From Octopus vulgaris (lineage: Eukaryota), in assembly GCA_951406725.2 (NCBI GenBank), contig OX597836.1, positions 14,322,001 to 14,386,000 of the forward strand: 64,000 nucleotides of DNA, given 5' to 3'. Under the pieces are notes generated by a model, which did no database searches, was not told where the DNA came from, and saw only the letters and a list, made by a program, of their open reading frames with translations. Each line of letters begins with the position of its first letter. The stretch's first letter is position 1. The position numbers and the translations under genes are program-made. Shown here piece by piece: positions 28,939 through 43,699 of this stretch.

Positions 28939-29661
28939 TACATACATAATACAAACATACATACATACATACATACATACATACATACATACATACATAC
29001 ATGTAACTGTGTATGAATGCATGTAGAACCACACATACACACACACACACACACACACGCATACATGTACACACAATCACAAACACAAATATACACGCAA
29101 TCTTCTTGTCTAAACTCCCATTGTCGAAATTGATACGTTTTCCGGGTGGCAAATGTGGGTGGTATACATCCAGATACACATACACATTCGTAGTACCGTA
29201 CTTATTTACACACATAAATGCGTGCATACACATATACGTAAACATACCCCTACATAACACATATACGCGCAGACGTCGCTCGTATCCGTAGATACCCCAC
29301 ACGCACCACACGCCATGTTTGGGTATCTAGTGAATAGCTGCTGCATATGACTATGAAACGCCAGCTCTAAATAACGAACGCTGTGTGAGTGAAGTGGGAG
29401 GTATAGCTCTGCAGGAGTGGAGATATGCAGAGGCTATTGACGAAGAAATATTTACAGAAAGGAAGAAGCAGATCTCCACTGATCTGTAAACACCAGGATG
29501 GCATACGTCACACACAAACACACACACATACACACACAGACACACACACATACACACACACACACATACGTGCATTCATACATGTATACGTACGTACGTA
29601 AATACGTGTGAGGAGCGGACAAACTCTTAAGCTGCGTGGAACCAAAATCAAACTGTTTTTA

Positions 29662-29980
29662 AATAATAATAATAATAATAATAATGATAATAATGATAAT
29701 AATAATAATAATAATAATGATAATAATGATAATAATGATAATAATGATAATAATAATAATAATAATGATAATAATGATAATAATGATAATAATAATAATA
29801 ATGATAATAATGATAATAATGATAATAATAATAATAATAATGATAATAATGATAATAATGATAATAATAATAATAATAATAATGATAATAATAATAATAA
29901 TGATAATAATAATAATAATAATAATAATGATAATAATGATAATAATGATAATAATAATAATAATAATAATGATAATAATG

Positions 29981-30068
<88 letters not shown>

Positions 30069-30109
30069 TAATAATAATAATAATAATGATAATAATAATG
30101 ATAATAATG

Positions 30110-30144
<35 letters not shown>

Positions 30145-30255
30145 AATGATAATAATGATAATAATGATAATAATAATAATAATAATAATGATAATAATGA
30201 TAATAATGATAATAATAATAATCATAATAATAATAATAATAATAATGATAATACA
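29662..30255. repeat. Compound (AAT/GAT)n microsatellite, ~600 bp
   Basis: Direct inspection. Similar arrays at about 37545-38305 and 49540-50042. Confidence 0.95.
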
Positions 30256-30388
30256 CTAACACAACAACAATAATCTCTCTCTCTCTCTCTATATATATAT
30301 ATACATATATACATGTATATATCTATATATCTATATATCTATATATCTATATATTCATATATACATATATATATATATACGTACATAC

Positions 30389-30545
<157 letters not shown>

Positions 30546-31048
30546 ATACAATATGTTACATTACTAGGTAGTCAAGATAAAACTCTGAGTTTCAGATGCC
30601 GAAGTGGAAATCCACAACACCATCTCTTCGGTTATCTGGCTATTTGAAAACGTTATGTAAAAAAACCGTTAAAAATGAAGGGAAATTACTCTGTTATAAC
30701 TCTGCTTTGCCTGCGTACTTATACATCGCTCGCATTTTTCGTCATAAAAATTATATAAAAATACATAAAAATATATAAAAATATATAAAAATATATAAAA
30801 TCTTCTTGGGACATAACACAGAAAGCATGTTCTATCCGTTTTCTTTAGGGGACCAAAAATGTAACAGAAATTTAGTCACATGTGGGCATGATCCGAAAAG
30901 CTCTGTCCTTGTATTTAGACATGTGGTAGGGTCTAAGCTGCTTTTCCAGATAAGCCATCTCTCCATGTCGCATAAACCGCACCTTCCGCTGCCGTTAGTA
31001 TAGGGCTTACATCTGGCCAAAATCTTCCATTGTATGTTATAATCGACA

Positions 31049-32061
31049 TAATGAAACACTTCGGACTTAGTATAACTATAGACACTAACCTGACGGTTGT
31101 CAATTTCTTAGACGTTTCCTTAGATCTTAATAATAATATTTATAAGCCTTATAGGAAGCCCAATGATAGACTTAGTTATATTAATGTAGGTTCATGCCAT
31201 CCCCCTATAGTATTCAAAAATTTAGTTAAAAATATTAGTAAGAGGATTTCTAGCCTCTCATCTAATGAGGACATCTTCAATAGCGTTGCCCCAGTTTATA
31301 ATAAAGCTTTAAAAGATAGTGGTTTTAGCGAAAAAATAAAATATACACCTATCACCAGCCCAACAATAAGGAAAAGGAATAATAGAAATAGGAAGGTCAT
31401 CTGGTTTACGCCCCCTTACTCACCCGAGGTGGCCTTCAATATAGGTAAATATTTCCTAGCACTGATAGATAGACATTTTCCAGTTAACCATGCTTATAGG
31501 AAACTCTTCAATAGACACAATTTAAAAATTAGTTTTAGTTCAACTACCAATTTTAAAAACATAATCAATCATAACATACAAAAAACACAAGAAGAAAACA
31601 GCTGTTCATGCAGGAATAAAGAATTGTGCCCGCTAAATGGAGCTTGCATGTCCAAGACCATCATATATGAAGCTACCGTAAACTCTATAACCACTAAAGA
31701 CACCGTTTCGACGAAGAAATACGTGGGCCTGACAGAGGGTAATTTCAAGGCCAGGTTCAATAACCACACTTTGAGCTTTAGTCACTGGAACAAAAGAAAA
31801 GCGACACAATTATCCAATCATATTTGGTCTTTAAGAGATAAAGGTGTCGATTATAACATACAATGGAAGATTTTGGCCAGATGTAAGCCCTATACTAACG
31901 GCAGCGGAAGGTGCGGTTTATGCGACATGGAGAGATGGCTTATCTGGAAAAGCAGCTTAGACCCTACCACATGTCTAAATACAAGGACAGAGCTTTTCGG
32001 ATCATGCCCACATGTGACTAAATTTCTGTTACGTTTTTGGTCCCCTAAAGAAAACGGATAG
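31049..32061 (+). CDS. Penelope-like element ORF fragment: RT C-terminus/thumb, Cys-rich linker and GIY-YIG endonuclease (5'-truncated)
   Basis: VNFLDVSLDL..YKPYRKPN..YINVGSCHPP; VIWFTPPYS; CSCRNKELCPLNGAC; IIYEATV...KKYVGLTEGNFKARFNNH; CGLCDMER; LNTRTELFGSCPH. Open to the stop at 32061. Confidence 0.9.
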
Positions 32062-32255
32062 AACATGCTTTCTGTGTTATGTCCCAAGAAGATTTTATAT
32101 ATTTTTATATATTTTTATATATTTTTATGTATTTTTATATAATTTTTATGACGAAAAATGCGAGCGATGTATAAGTACGCAGGCAAAGCAGAGTTATAAC
32201 AGAGTAATTTCCCTTCATTTTTAACGGTTTTTTTACATAACGTTTTCAAATAGCC

Positions 32256-32318
32256 AGATAACCGAAGAGATGGTGTTGTGGATTTCCACTTCGGCATCTG
32301 AAACTCAGAGTTTTATCT
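32256..32318 (+). ncRNA. Hammerhead ribozyme variant in the pLTR (inverted copy at 30575-30637)
   Basis: agataa CCGAAGA gatg...catct GAAAC tcaga GTT ttatct. 6-bp stem I, palindromic stem III region, CCGANGA instead of CUGANGA. Confidence 0.7.
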
Positions 32319-32414
32319 TGACTACCGAGTAATGTAACATATTGTATAGATAAATTTCCTCTATTTACATAATATTGAGGTCTCTTTCTTTCTTTTGTTA
32401 TCTTACCGTTTTAT

Positions 32415-32463
<49 letters not shown>

Positions 32464-32701
32464 CATGTATTTAATTCCGCTCCAACACGTAGAGATAGTC
32501 TGTGTCTGATGTAGTTCGAAAATAATAATAATAATTTCCAAGGAAATTCGAAGTAGAGAGTAGAAGCTATCACTTCTATCTCGGGTCAATCTATTTGATT
32601 GAGACCTTATTGGCGCGGTACTGCCAACCCCTGCATGGCTGCAGTTCAATAACTGAAGCAAGTGACAAACACAGACACACAAACATATACATACGTAATA
32701 C

Positions 32702-32887
<186 letters not shown>

Positions 32888-33812
32888 CCGTCTACCAAAT
32901 CCCCTCACAAGGTTTTGGTCAGCCCTAAGCTACAGTAGAAGATACTTGCCCAAGGTGAACCCGGCCAGGGAGCAAAAGCCGATAAATGGCAAATCCAAAA
33001 TTTTATAATTAACTTGTAATTATAATAGGGCACACTTCTTTCCTTACTTTCTTCCCTCTTTCCTTCCAGCATCCTTTCTTTATATCCTTCTTTCTTTTCT
33101 TTTCCTTTATTTCTTTCTTACTTTCTTTCTTTTCTTCTTTCCTTTTTCCTTTCCTTCCTCCATTCATTCATTCATTCATTCATTCATTCATTCATTCACT
33201 CTTTCTTTCTTGTCATCTTTCCTTCCTTCTTTCCTTCCTTCCTTTCTCTTTCTTGTCTATCTTCCAAAGTTATTCAGATATTAAAAATGAAACTCGCTTT
33301 TATTCTATGTCATAAGTGGAATTCATACAGGTTTGAGGAAAAGTGAAATGAACCACACTCACACACACAAAAAAACATAAAATAAATAAATAAATAAATG
33401 AATAAATAAATAAATAATGTCTCCACAGATATAGTTACTTAGCAACATGATTTCCTTCAGGTATTTGTGTCAACAGTTAAAGTTTCTGTTTTTTCTATTT
33501 TCTCGAGCCCTCAGACTCATAAGGCAGGTTAATCGCTTTCCATGGCTCAAGATGACAGCATTCAAACCTGAGCGTGTCACCAGTCTGTGGCAGAGTTTAA
33601 ACAAGGAATTTTCAGAGGAGAGGGCAAATCAGTTACATCGATTCCATTAATTGCGGTGATTTGGTATTTATCAGTACCGCCGCTACCGTGGTAGATTGCC
33701 GAAGTACTAACAAGCTACCGGTAGTTTCAAAATAGGCCGGTCTCTGAGAGTTGTTTGACCCTGGTGTGTTCGGCTTAGGAGGGCCAATAGGTTCTACTAT
33801 TTTGTAGTTTCT

Positions 33813-34180
33813 TATTTTTTTATTGCCCACAAGGGGCTAAACACAGAGGGGATAAACAAGGACAGACAAACGGATTAAGCCGATTACATCGACCCTAGTG
33901 CGTAACTGGTACTTAATTTATCGACACTGAAAGGATGAAAGGCAAAGTCGACCTCAGCGGAATTTGAACTCAGAACGTAGCGGCAGACGAAATACCTATT
34001 TCTATTTCTTTTCTACCCACAAGGGGCTAAACACAGAGGGGACAAATAAGGACAGACAATGGAATTAAGTCGATTACATCGACTCCAGTGCGTAACTGGT
34101 ACTTAATTTATCGACCCCGAAAGGATGAAAGGCAAAGTCGACCTCGGCGGGATTTGAACTCAGAACGTAACGGCAGACGA
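33813..34180 (-). mobile_element. Tandem dimer of 5'-truncated SINE family B inside one 17-bp TSD
   Basis: Two ~185-bp units (tcgtctgccg.tacgttctgagttcaaat.ccgc.gaggtcgactttgcc...). TSD actattttgtagtttct at 33796-33812 and 34181-34197. Confidence 0.85.
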
Positions 34181-34469
34181 ACTATTTTGTAGTTTCTGCG
34201 GATGGAATTTATGTCCAGTAGTTGATTTGATTCCTGTAGAAATGTGTCGATTGGATCTTTGGAAGAGTAAAATATTTGTATAAATATCAGTAATCTCAGT
34301 TTCTCTCTCTCTCTCTCTCTCTGTCTTTCTTTCTCCCCCCTCTCCCTCTCTCTCACTCACACGCAAACACACACACACACACACATATACACACGCGCGC
34401 GTGCACAGACACAGGCAAGCACATTCAGAGAAGAATAATTATATTTCGTTCTATCTTTTGCATAAATCC

Positions 34470-34792
34470 AGCAATTTTGAAGAGAGGGGACAAGTCAGTT
34501 GCATCGACCCCAGCACTTAACTGGTACTTATTTTATCAGCCCCCAAAAAACGAAAGGCGAAGTCGACCCCGGTGTGATTTGATCTTACAACAATAATAAA
34601 AGGCCTGATATTTTGGGGTGGTGGGGTTAGTCGATTTTATCGATCTCAGTACGCAACTGGTACTTATTTCATCAACCCTGAAAGGATGAAAGGCAAAGTC
34701 GACCTCGACGGAATTTGAACTCAGAACATAAAGACAAACAAAATGCTGCTAAGCATTCTACCCAGGGTGCTAACGATTCTGCCAGCTCACCG
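34470..34792 (-). mobile_element. SINE family B, two older copies
   Basis: Head ggtgagctggcagaatcgttagcacc...gagttcaaattccg. Further copies at about 25585-25770, 57790-57995, 58812-59026 and 59490-59615. Confidence 0.75.
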
Positions 34793-34968
34793 TTTTCATT
34801 GAAAGCAGAATATTGGGAACGAGCGACTTGATTCCCAACTCAAAAAACGGTGATAGCCCAAAGATTTTGATGACAAAGTACCGTCATCCATGTTGAGCCC
34901 CTGCTTAAGGAATAATGGAAGATGCCAGTTGAAGGGTGATGGAATTTACTTAGAGAAATTATCAAAAG

Positions 34969-35370
34969 AGGCGCAGGAGTGGCTGTGTGGTAAGTAGCTT
35001 GCTAACCAACCACATGGTTGCGGGTTCAGTCCCACTGCGTGGCATCTTGGGCAAGTGTCTTCTACTATAGCCCCGGGCCGACCAATGCCTTGTAAGTGGA
35101 TTTGGTAGACGGAAACTGAAAGAAGCCTGTCGTATATATATATATATATATAAGTGTTTGTGTATTTGTTTGTGTGTCTGTGTTTGTCCCCCTAGCATTG
35201 CTTGACAACCGATGCTGGTGTGTTTACGTCCCCGTCACTTAGCGGTTCGGCAAAAGAGACCGATAGAATAAGTACTGGGCTTACAAAGAATAAGTCCCGG
35301 GGTCGATTTGCTCGACTAAAGGCAGTGCTCCAGCATGGCCGCAGTCAAATGACTGAAACAAGTAAAAGAG
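34969..35370 (+). mobile_element. SINE family A, full length
   Basis: Complete head-to-tail match to the family. Confidence 0.9.
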
Positions 35371-36217
35371 AAAAAAAAAAAGAAGAATTTCAATCCTCCG
35401 AATAAATATATACATGCATGCATGCAAACATACATACATGCATATATGTTCGTTCTCTTTCTCTTTAATTTAGGATAAATACTGGTTGCAAGGTTTTCTC
35501 GTTTTCACCATCATCCTATAAATCCTAAGAAAGTCTTGCAGATTTTTATAATTCCGGATTTCAAGAACATTGACACGAAGCGGAGCCTCTCTTCGACTCG
35601 CGACCGCTACATCGCATAAACACTTCGACGGCTCTGCATTTGCAAGAAGAGAAGATTGCAAGATTCCAAGAAGAGAAGATTGCAACTAAATACCTAATCA
35701 ACAAAAGAGACGACGAAGCCCTTGGAGTCCCAAGATGCAACCATAAAATGTAGATTAGGCCATATTTTTGTGGAAGACACCACACGTGATTAAGATCTAC
35801 TCAAAACGTTATCAAGATACTACCTTCGCCCCCAATGCGACATGACGTTGTCTCAAAAACAGAATACAATGCCATTCGGTAAAAAGACTGCATGCATATA
35901 TACACACATACATATATACATACATACATGCATACATACATATATACATACGAAGAAACAAAAACACCCTTGTTGTTGATGTCAAAATTCCAATGAAGGA
36001 GCCTTGGATCTAGGTTAGAGACTGGTTCTTTCTCTGTTGGTAAGAAATCTTGAAATTAAACTGAATAATGACATATATACATACATACATGCATACAATG
36101 ATGCATACATATATACACACATACATATATACATACATACATGCATACATACATACATACATACATGCATACATAAATACATACAAACATACATACAAAC
36201 ATACATACGTACATACA

Positions 36218-36251
<34 letters not shown>

Positions 36252-36289
36252 CATGCATACATACATGTATACATACATACATACACACA

Positions 36290-36362
<73 letters not shown>

Positions 36363-36695
36363 GAACACCGTCACACACATATCCATTTCTCTGTTTGCGT
36401 ATAATTTATCTACGTGTCTGTATGAGCGTGTAGACATAGTTATCAATGGAGTAAAGACACGTTCAAAGAATATGTATCGATCAATCAGATTATCGATTAA
36501 TTAAATTTGTTAATATTGATACTCGGATAAGTAAGCTAAGTAAAATAAATATAGACAAAAGGAACAGAGAAAAACTGTCAAATGTTGAGGGATTTCATTG
36601 TTATTTTATGATCTAGTTTTTACCTTTAAAGTTCCCATCTGTTGGGAACTATCTGTCTGTCTGTATGTCTGTCTGTCTGTCTGTCTGTCTGTCCC

Positions 36696-36758
<63 letters not shown>

Positions 36759-36869
36759 GTCTGTCTGTCTGTCTGCCTGTCTGTCTGCCTGTCTGCCTGT
36801 CTGTCTGCCCGTCCGTCTTTCTGTCTTCCTTTGTCTCTATGCATCTGTATGTGTGTGTGTATGCATATC

Positions 36870-36902
<33 letters not shown>

Positions 36903-37581
36903 ATATCTATCTATCTATCTATCTATATATATATATAAATACACCACACACACGCACATGCATATGCATGTATATGTATGTATATATGTGTACACACATC
37001 TACATACATATGTATGTATATGTTTGTATGTGTACACACAGACACATATATATTTATATATATATACATATATATGTGTATATACCTAACTTCATATATA
37101 CGTATAATTGCATACCCACTTGGACACTCACGCACGCGTATACACGCACACACACAAACACACGCACATACACACACATACACACGCACACACACACGCA
37201 CATACACAGCCATACACACACCCAAACACAGCACGGGCGCGCTTTCTCAAAATACACAAAAAATGATTTCATTCTTCCCTCTCTTTCTTTCTTTCTGCAC
37301 CTCACTCTCCACATCTCATACTCTCCTCTCTCTCATTCCCCCTCTCTCTCTCCCTGTCTCTCTTTTTATCACAGTTGCACATCTCTTCCTTTCTTCCCCC
37401 TCCACCTCCTTCCTCTTTCCCCCTTCTGTTTACATTTAACATACAAAGAGAGAAGACACTTACGTCAACCGATCCATTCTTTGTCTAATGACATACGTGA
37501 CAAGGACGGTTCACGAGTAAGAAAGACCTCAACAGAACAACAATAATAATAAGAAGAAGAACAAGGATAATAATAATAATG

Positions 37582-37657
<76 letters not shown>

Positions 37658-37722
37658 TAATAGTGATAATAATAATAATGATAATAATAATAATGATAAT
37701 AATAATAATAATGATGATGATG

Positions 37723-37777
<55 letters not shown>

Positions 37778-37951
37778 TAATAATAACAATAATAATAATA
37801 ATAATAATGATAATAATAATAATAATGATAATAGTGATAATAATAATAATAATAATAATGGTAATAATAATAATAATAATGAAAATAATAATAATGATAA
37901 TAATAATGATATTAAATAATAATAATGATGAGGGTAATAATAATGATAATA

Positions 37952-38067
<116 letters not shown>

Positions 38068-38133
38068 AATAATAATAATGAAAATAATAATAATGATAAT
38101 AATAATGATATTAAATAATAATAATGATGATGG

Positions 38134-38220
<87 letters not shown>

Positions 38221-39078
38221 TAATAATAATAATAATGATAATAATGATAATAATAATAATAATGATAATAATAATAATAATAATAATAACGACAATAACA
38301 ATAATGAAGGCTAGCCTTTCTTAAACGTTGTGTTTAGTATGTTGTAGAAATGATGTGGGAGGTGGTGGTAGCGGCGACGGTAGTGGTGGTAGTGGCGGTG
38401 GTGGTGATGGTGATTTTGGTATTGTTGTTGCTGGTGGTTATGATGAGGATGATGGTGATGGTGATGATAATAGTGGTGGTGTTGTTGTTGTTGGTGGTGA
38501 TGAAGATGATGATGATGATAATTGCGATGATGATGATAATAAACGATGATAATGATGATTATGATGATGATGGGGGTAGTGGTGGTGATGATGGTGCTTG
38601 TAGTGGTGGTGGTGGTGGTTGAAGAGGAGGTGGCGGTGACAGTGGAGATGATGAATGATAATAATGATGTTGACGGTGGCGGTGGAAGTAATGATAGTGA
38701 TGGTGTTGGTGTTGATGATGCTGATGCTGATGATGCTGATGATGATGATGATGTTGGGGGTGGTGATGATGCTAATGATATTGGTAGTAGCGGTGCTGGC
38801 GGCTGCGTAGGCGACAGCGGCGGCGGCGGCGGTGGTGTGTGTTTAACGATCATGTATGATTGATTACCAATCATTATTGATTGTTTTTCTTTTTCTTTTT
38901 ATCATCTTTATCGTTTTTTTTCCTTTCATTTTTCTCTTTCCCCTTTTTTTTCTTTCTTGGACAGAAATTCTGGGCTTAAAAGAGCCACGATTTTGTAACA
39001 ATACTGTTGATTTCTTAGCTAAACTACGATAATTCTTGTGCAATCATGGCGACGTGTGAAGCTCGTTAAAGGATACTC

Positions 39079-39131
<53 letters not shown>

Positions 39132-39346
39132 TACATACACATATATATATATGTGTATATGTATATATGTATATATATATATACAGGCCTGTCGTTTGGG
39201 TAACGTGTATATACGCATAAATATGCACACGCAAGCGCGCACAAGCGCACATGCAGGTCAACATAGATGTTGCTATGCATATAAATGCACACCACACACA
39301 AGCACCTCACCTACACGTTCCACATTTTGTGCGCTTATATATATAA

Positions 39347-39448
<102 letters not shown>

Positions 39449-39616
39449 GTATACATATATATGTATATATATATATATATATGGACACACAGTGAGTTAG
39501 TATGTGTGAGTGTGTGTACACACGTACATATGTTTATATAGAACTGTATCTACTGTAATGTCGACGTATTCGAAACTGCATCGTCTGTCTGTCTACCTGC
39601 CTGTCTCAACCTCTCT

Positions 39617-39680
<64 letters not shown>

Positions 39681-40457
39681 GTATATATATATATATATAC
39701 ACTTACTTGGAAATGAACCCATTTCCATTAAGTTTATCTTCACCATTTTGATTCCACTCTCTACTTTATGCTGTTTTCTTCCTCCTTCCTTCTCTAATTC
39801 CCTTTTTCACTGTTTTCTATCTGTCTCTCTCTCTCCCCTCTTTCTCTTTCTCTCTCTCTCTCTTGTTGCTCACACGTGACCATCATCCATCTTTCTTTTC
39901 CTCACGTAACTATCTTTCTTTTCCAGCACGGACATTTTTTTCTCTCTCCCTTCTATCTTTTCTCTTAACAATAAAATAATTGTTTTTCTCAGCGTTCAAT
40001 ATTTTCCTCTCATTCTGGTCTAACGACCCTCCATGTTTGTTTTCATTAGGTTTCCTTGTATATCTCTACTGTCATTTTTGTTGTTGCTAGCTTTGACCCT
40101 CCATAAATCCAAAATTTTATTTTAGAATTAATGGGAGCAACTGTCTTTGAAGACCCATATTGTCGTTGAATACTCGAAATGAGGAGTAGATAGACAGCGG
40201 ACAACTGATTACGGTTCCTTTCTCTGTGTTTACTTGTTCATTTTTATACTTAATCTATTTTTTAAAAAAAAAGTATAAAAATGAACATTGTCAATTTAAT
40301 TAAAATATTCCATATGTGGCTGAAGAGTGCTCTACATTTTAAAACTGATGTAATACTTACATTGTTTAATTAAATGAAGTAGCATGAAACGTTTGTAATA
40401 CACTACCTTCGGATATCCTTGCTGCTTATTTTGATTATATAAATAAATATATATATG

Positions 40458-40505
<48 letters not shown>

Positions 40506-40799
40506 TGTATGTATTTATTTATATATGTATACTGATCGAAATTTGGTATGCTGTCGTCCTTCTCAGAAAATACAAAACCCATTTAGCTATCAATTGCTCC
40601 CTGGGTGAGATCTTAATTCCTTAGAATAATGTTTTGGAAACATACGTACAACTAAATAGGAAAATGTTACACTTGTGGCAGTTGCGAACTGGAAAATTGT
40701 CTGTTAATATTGGGTGTGGAAGCAGCCTAAGTGTCACGTGCATCTTTAACTCACCTTGATGCCTTTTTTAAAAGATTATGACTGGTCAACAGTATATTG

Positions 40800-41400
40800 A
40801 TATTTTAACTCAAGTTTACTGCTCAGCATACGAAATGTCTGCACTAAGATATTAAATTTCTAAGGCAAGCAGAAAAGACATTTAAAAAATCATTTATATA
40901 TAGCGATACTGTTTGAACAACTGAACAAGTTTTCTCTATGTTTATTCTTTAGACTCCTAACATATTGAAACAATATAATTGTGTTACATCTTCCTGTGTT
41001 GCAAAAGGAGTAGGTATGAAGGGTATGTTTATTTTTAAATGTGTTTCCTGTTAGCCTGATGTAATATTTTACATCACTGCCATCTGCAAAACGCACTTTA
41101 GTTTGAAATATCAATACTTTTGCAAAGTACTTAACATTAAGACGACAAAGTGTAAATCCATTACGATTACACGACAGTAACGGATTTTGTATATTTATAC
41201 TTGCGACATTTCTATGATTCAAGCTGGATATAGAAGTAGCAATGTTTTCGGCAAAAGTATCGCTGACCTTTACAGTATTTTTAAAGACTTCATGGTATTT
41301 ATGATCTCTTGAGAAGTGTTTTATATTAATTCAAGAAACGTTCTTCAAGTATTTACATCGAATTACATTCAAGCTAAAAGCTAAATTGAATTATATCTTT
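40800..41400 (-). mobile_element. Old decayed Naiad-type Penelope fragment (linker plus GIY-YIG)
   Basis: FLELI*KHFSRDHKYHEVFKNTVKVS..NIATSISSLN...CNRNGFTLCRLN..VLIFQTKV...KYYIRLTGNTFKNKHTLHTYSF, colinear with the ORF at 31049-32061. Confidence 0.7.
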
Positions 41401-41743
41401 ATTTTCCCAATTTTTCTTTTCTTTTAATGGTTGTTGTTTAGTTTCAGTTCAGCCTTGACTGAACAGGACTATGATTAAAGGCATTCCACCGACGATCACC
41501 CCTGTCTTTTTTAAGACATAGTGCATTCAGGACATATCTCTAAATAGGGTATGATTTGAAGGAGACTTGGAGGCTATTTCTAGCAAGTCTAGCGGCAACA
41601 AAAAATTTGCCTTATAACCTTGTTTACTTAATTGTGCATTATGGGGTTGTCCGAATTATTTTTTGTATTAAAAGCAGCGATCTTTTAGAACATCATTAAC
41701 ATAATTTATTAATGATATTATCATAATGATATGTAGCATATTT

Positions 41744-41890
41744 ACATTATTTACATTCGATATTTGTCCTCATCTTGTTTGTTGTTAACACAACGTTTCG
41801 GCCGATATACCCTCCAGCCTTCTTCAGGTGTCTTGGGGAAATTTCGAACCTGGGTTCTCATTCCTAAGGTATTTTTCGATGTTGTTGTTG

Positions 41891-41921
<31 letters not shown>

Positions 41922-42070
41922 TCAGGTCACTGCTTGAAATCGAACTCGGAACCTTGGGGTTAGTAGCCCGCGCTCTTAACCACTACGCCATATGCCCGTG
42001 GGACAAATATCCGTCGAATGTAAATAATGTAAATAATGTACATAATTCCTCATCTCTTAAATCTAGAATA
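41744..42070 (-). mobile_element. tRNA-headed SINE-like element with hammerhead motif, inverted 3' tail copy and 15-bp TSD
   Basis: tRNA-like head at 41924-41997 (TGGCGTAGTGGTT A box, GAGTTCGATT B box); hammerhead at 41787-41832; TSD atatgtagcatattt at 41729-41743 and 42071-42085. Confidence 0.8.
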
Positions 42071-42383
42071 ATATGTAGCATATTTCAAATTTTTATCAAC
42101 AGTTATATTTGAAATATGCCTATTGACATGAATAGATATTTTTAAAGACCGTAGGAAAGTGAGTGATGGTATTCATGCATTGGCAATATTTTGTAAGGTG
42201 TCTAATATATATGGTAATACATAGTATTTAAAACCATTGTTATATCTAAAAAAAATCAACATTATATCTATATTATATATATAAGTATTAACAGGAATGT
42301 GTGGCGAAATGAAAGAGACACAAAACGTTTGGCAGGAGCAGAGGGATAGGTAAATAGGCTGGTAGGTTGATAGGTAGGTAGGA

Positions 42384-42421
<38 letters not shown>

Positions 42422-42428
<7 letters not shown>

Positions 42429-42737
42429 CGTGATCAGCGTAACCGACCATGCTATCAGATGTTGCTACACATCGCTGGTCACAATGCGCTTCGCATTGTT
42501 TTAGCCTTCAAATGACGCCACCCCACTGGCTAAGCGAGCAGGCCAACAGAAGAAAGAGTGAGAGAAAGAGTGGTGAAAGAGTGGTGAAAGAGTACAGCAG
42601 GGATCGCCACCACCCCCCTGCCGGAGCCTCGTGGAGCTTTTAGGTGTTTTCGTTCAATAAACACTCACAACGCCCGGTCTGGGAATCGAAACCGCGATCC
42701 TTCGACCGTGGGTCCGCTGCCCTAACCACTGAGCCAT
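42422..42737 (-). mobile_element. OR-type tRNA SINE with a third type of 3' tail
   Basis: Same head as 7975-8363; tail ...tggcgtcatttgaaggctaaaacaatgcg...gtgaccagcgatgtgtagc, which also occurs alone at 25173-25265. Confidence 0.85.
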
Positions 42738-42745
42738 ATATATAG

Positions 42746-42878
<133 letters not shown>

Positions 42879-42889
42879 TGATAGATAGA

Positions 42890-42983
<94 letters not shown>

Positions 42984-43699
42984 TTTAGACAGATAGACAG
43001 CCAGCCAGATAGACAGACAGACAAACAGACAAACTGACTGACAGACAGATAGTCAGATCGACAAATAGACAGAGGTATAAAGTGATGAGGAGGCAGAGAA
43101 GAGCAGAACGAGTTGAGGAAACGAAATACGATGGGTTAATGGTGAATTTGGTAAAACTATTTATTCTAATATGTCGATCTATGCCGACATTGGATGACAT
43201 CTGTTGTTGAGTGCTAATGGAATGTGGATAAATGGTGGTGGTGGTGGTGGTGATGGTGGTGGTGGTGATGGTAGTGGTGGTGGTCGTAGTATTGTTGTTG
43301 GTGGTTGTTGTTGTGGTAGTGATGGTGGAGGTGGTGTTGATGCTGATGGTAGTGGTGGTAGTGATTGTAGAGGTGGTGGTGGTTTTGGTGGTGGTGGTAG
43401 TGATGTTGCTGGATGTGCCTCTGCTGCAGCTGCTGATGATGCTGATGATGGTGCTGATGGTAGTGGTATTGGTGATGGTCATAGTGTTGTTGTTGTTGGT
43501 GTTAGTGGTAGCGATGGTGGGAGTGCTGCTATTGCTGCTGCTGATGGTGGTGGTGGCGTTGGAGGTGTTAGCATTGTTGGAGGCTATCGTAGTGGTGGTG
43601 TATTGGTGATGGCGGTAGTAGTGGTGGTGATGGTGGTGGTACTCTAACAACGATGTGGATTAGTTTGTCATATTTGTACATCAACTTTGTATATTTATA

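Noticed and set aside
30596-31059. Duplicated small ORFs (MPKWKSTT..., MGHNTES..., MFHYVDYN...)
   Set aside because: By-products of the inverted pLTR duplication, not genes.
31030-32250. Selenoprotein recoding, reported for some Naiad elements
   Set aside because: No in-frame TGA in the visible ORF and no convincing SECIS by eye; the missing 5' part cannot be judged.
41924-41997. Functional tRNA-Ser(ACT) gene
   Set aside because: Acceptor and T stems pair poorly and there is no long variable arm; better explained as a SINE head. The same applies to the other tRNA-like heads.
42985-43650. Thr-rich or Gly-rich 150-220 aa ORFs (also 11158-11700 and 38311-38874)
   Set aside because: Degenerate GGT/GAT/CAC trinucleotide repeats open in several frames on both strands; no evidence for a mucin-like gene.
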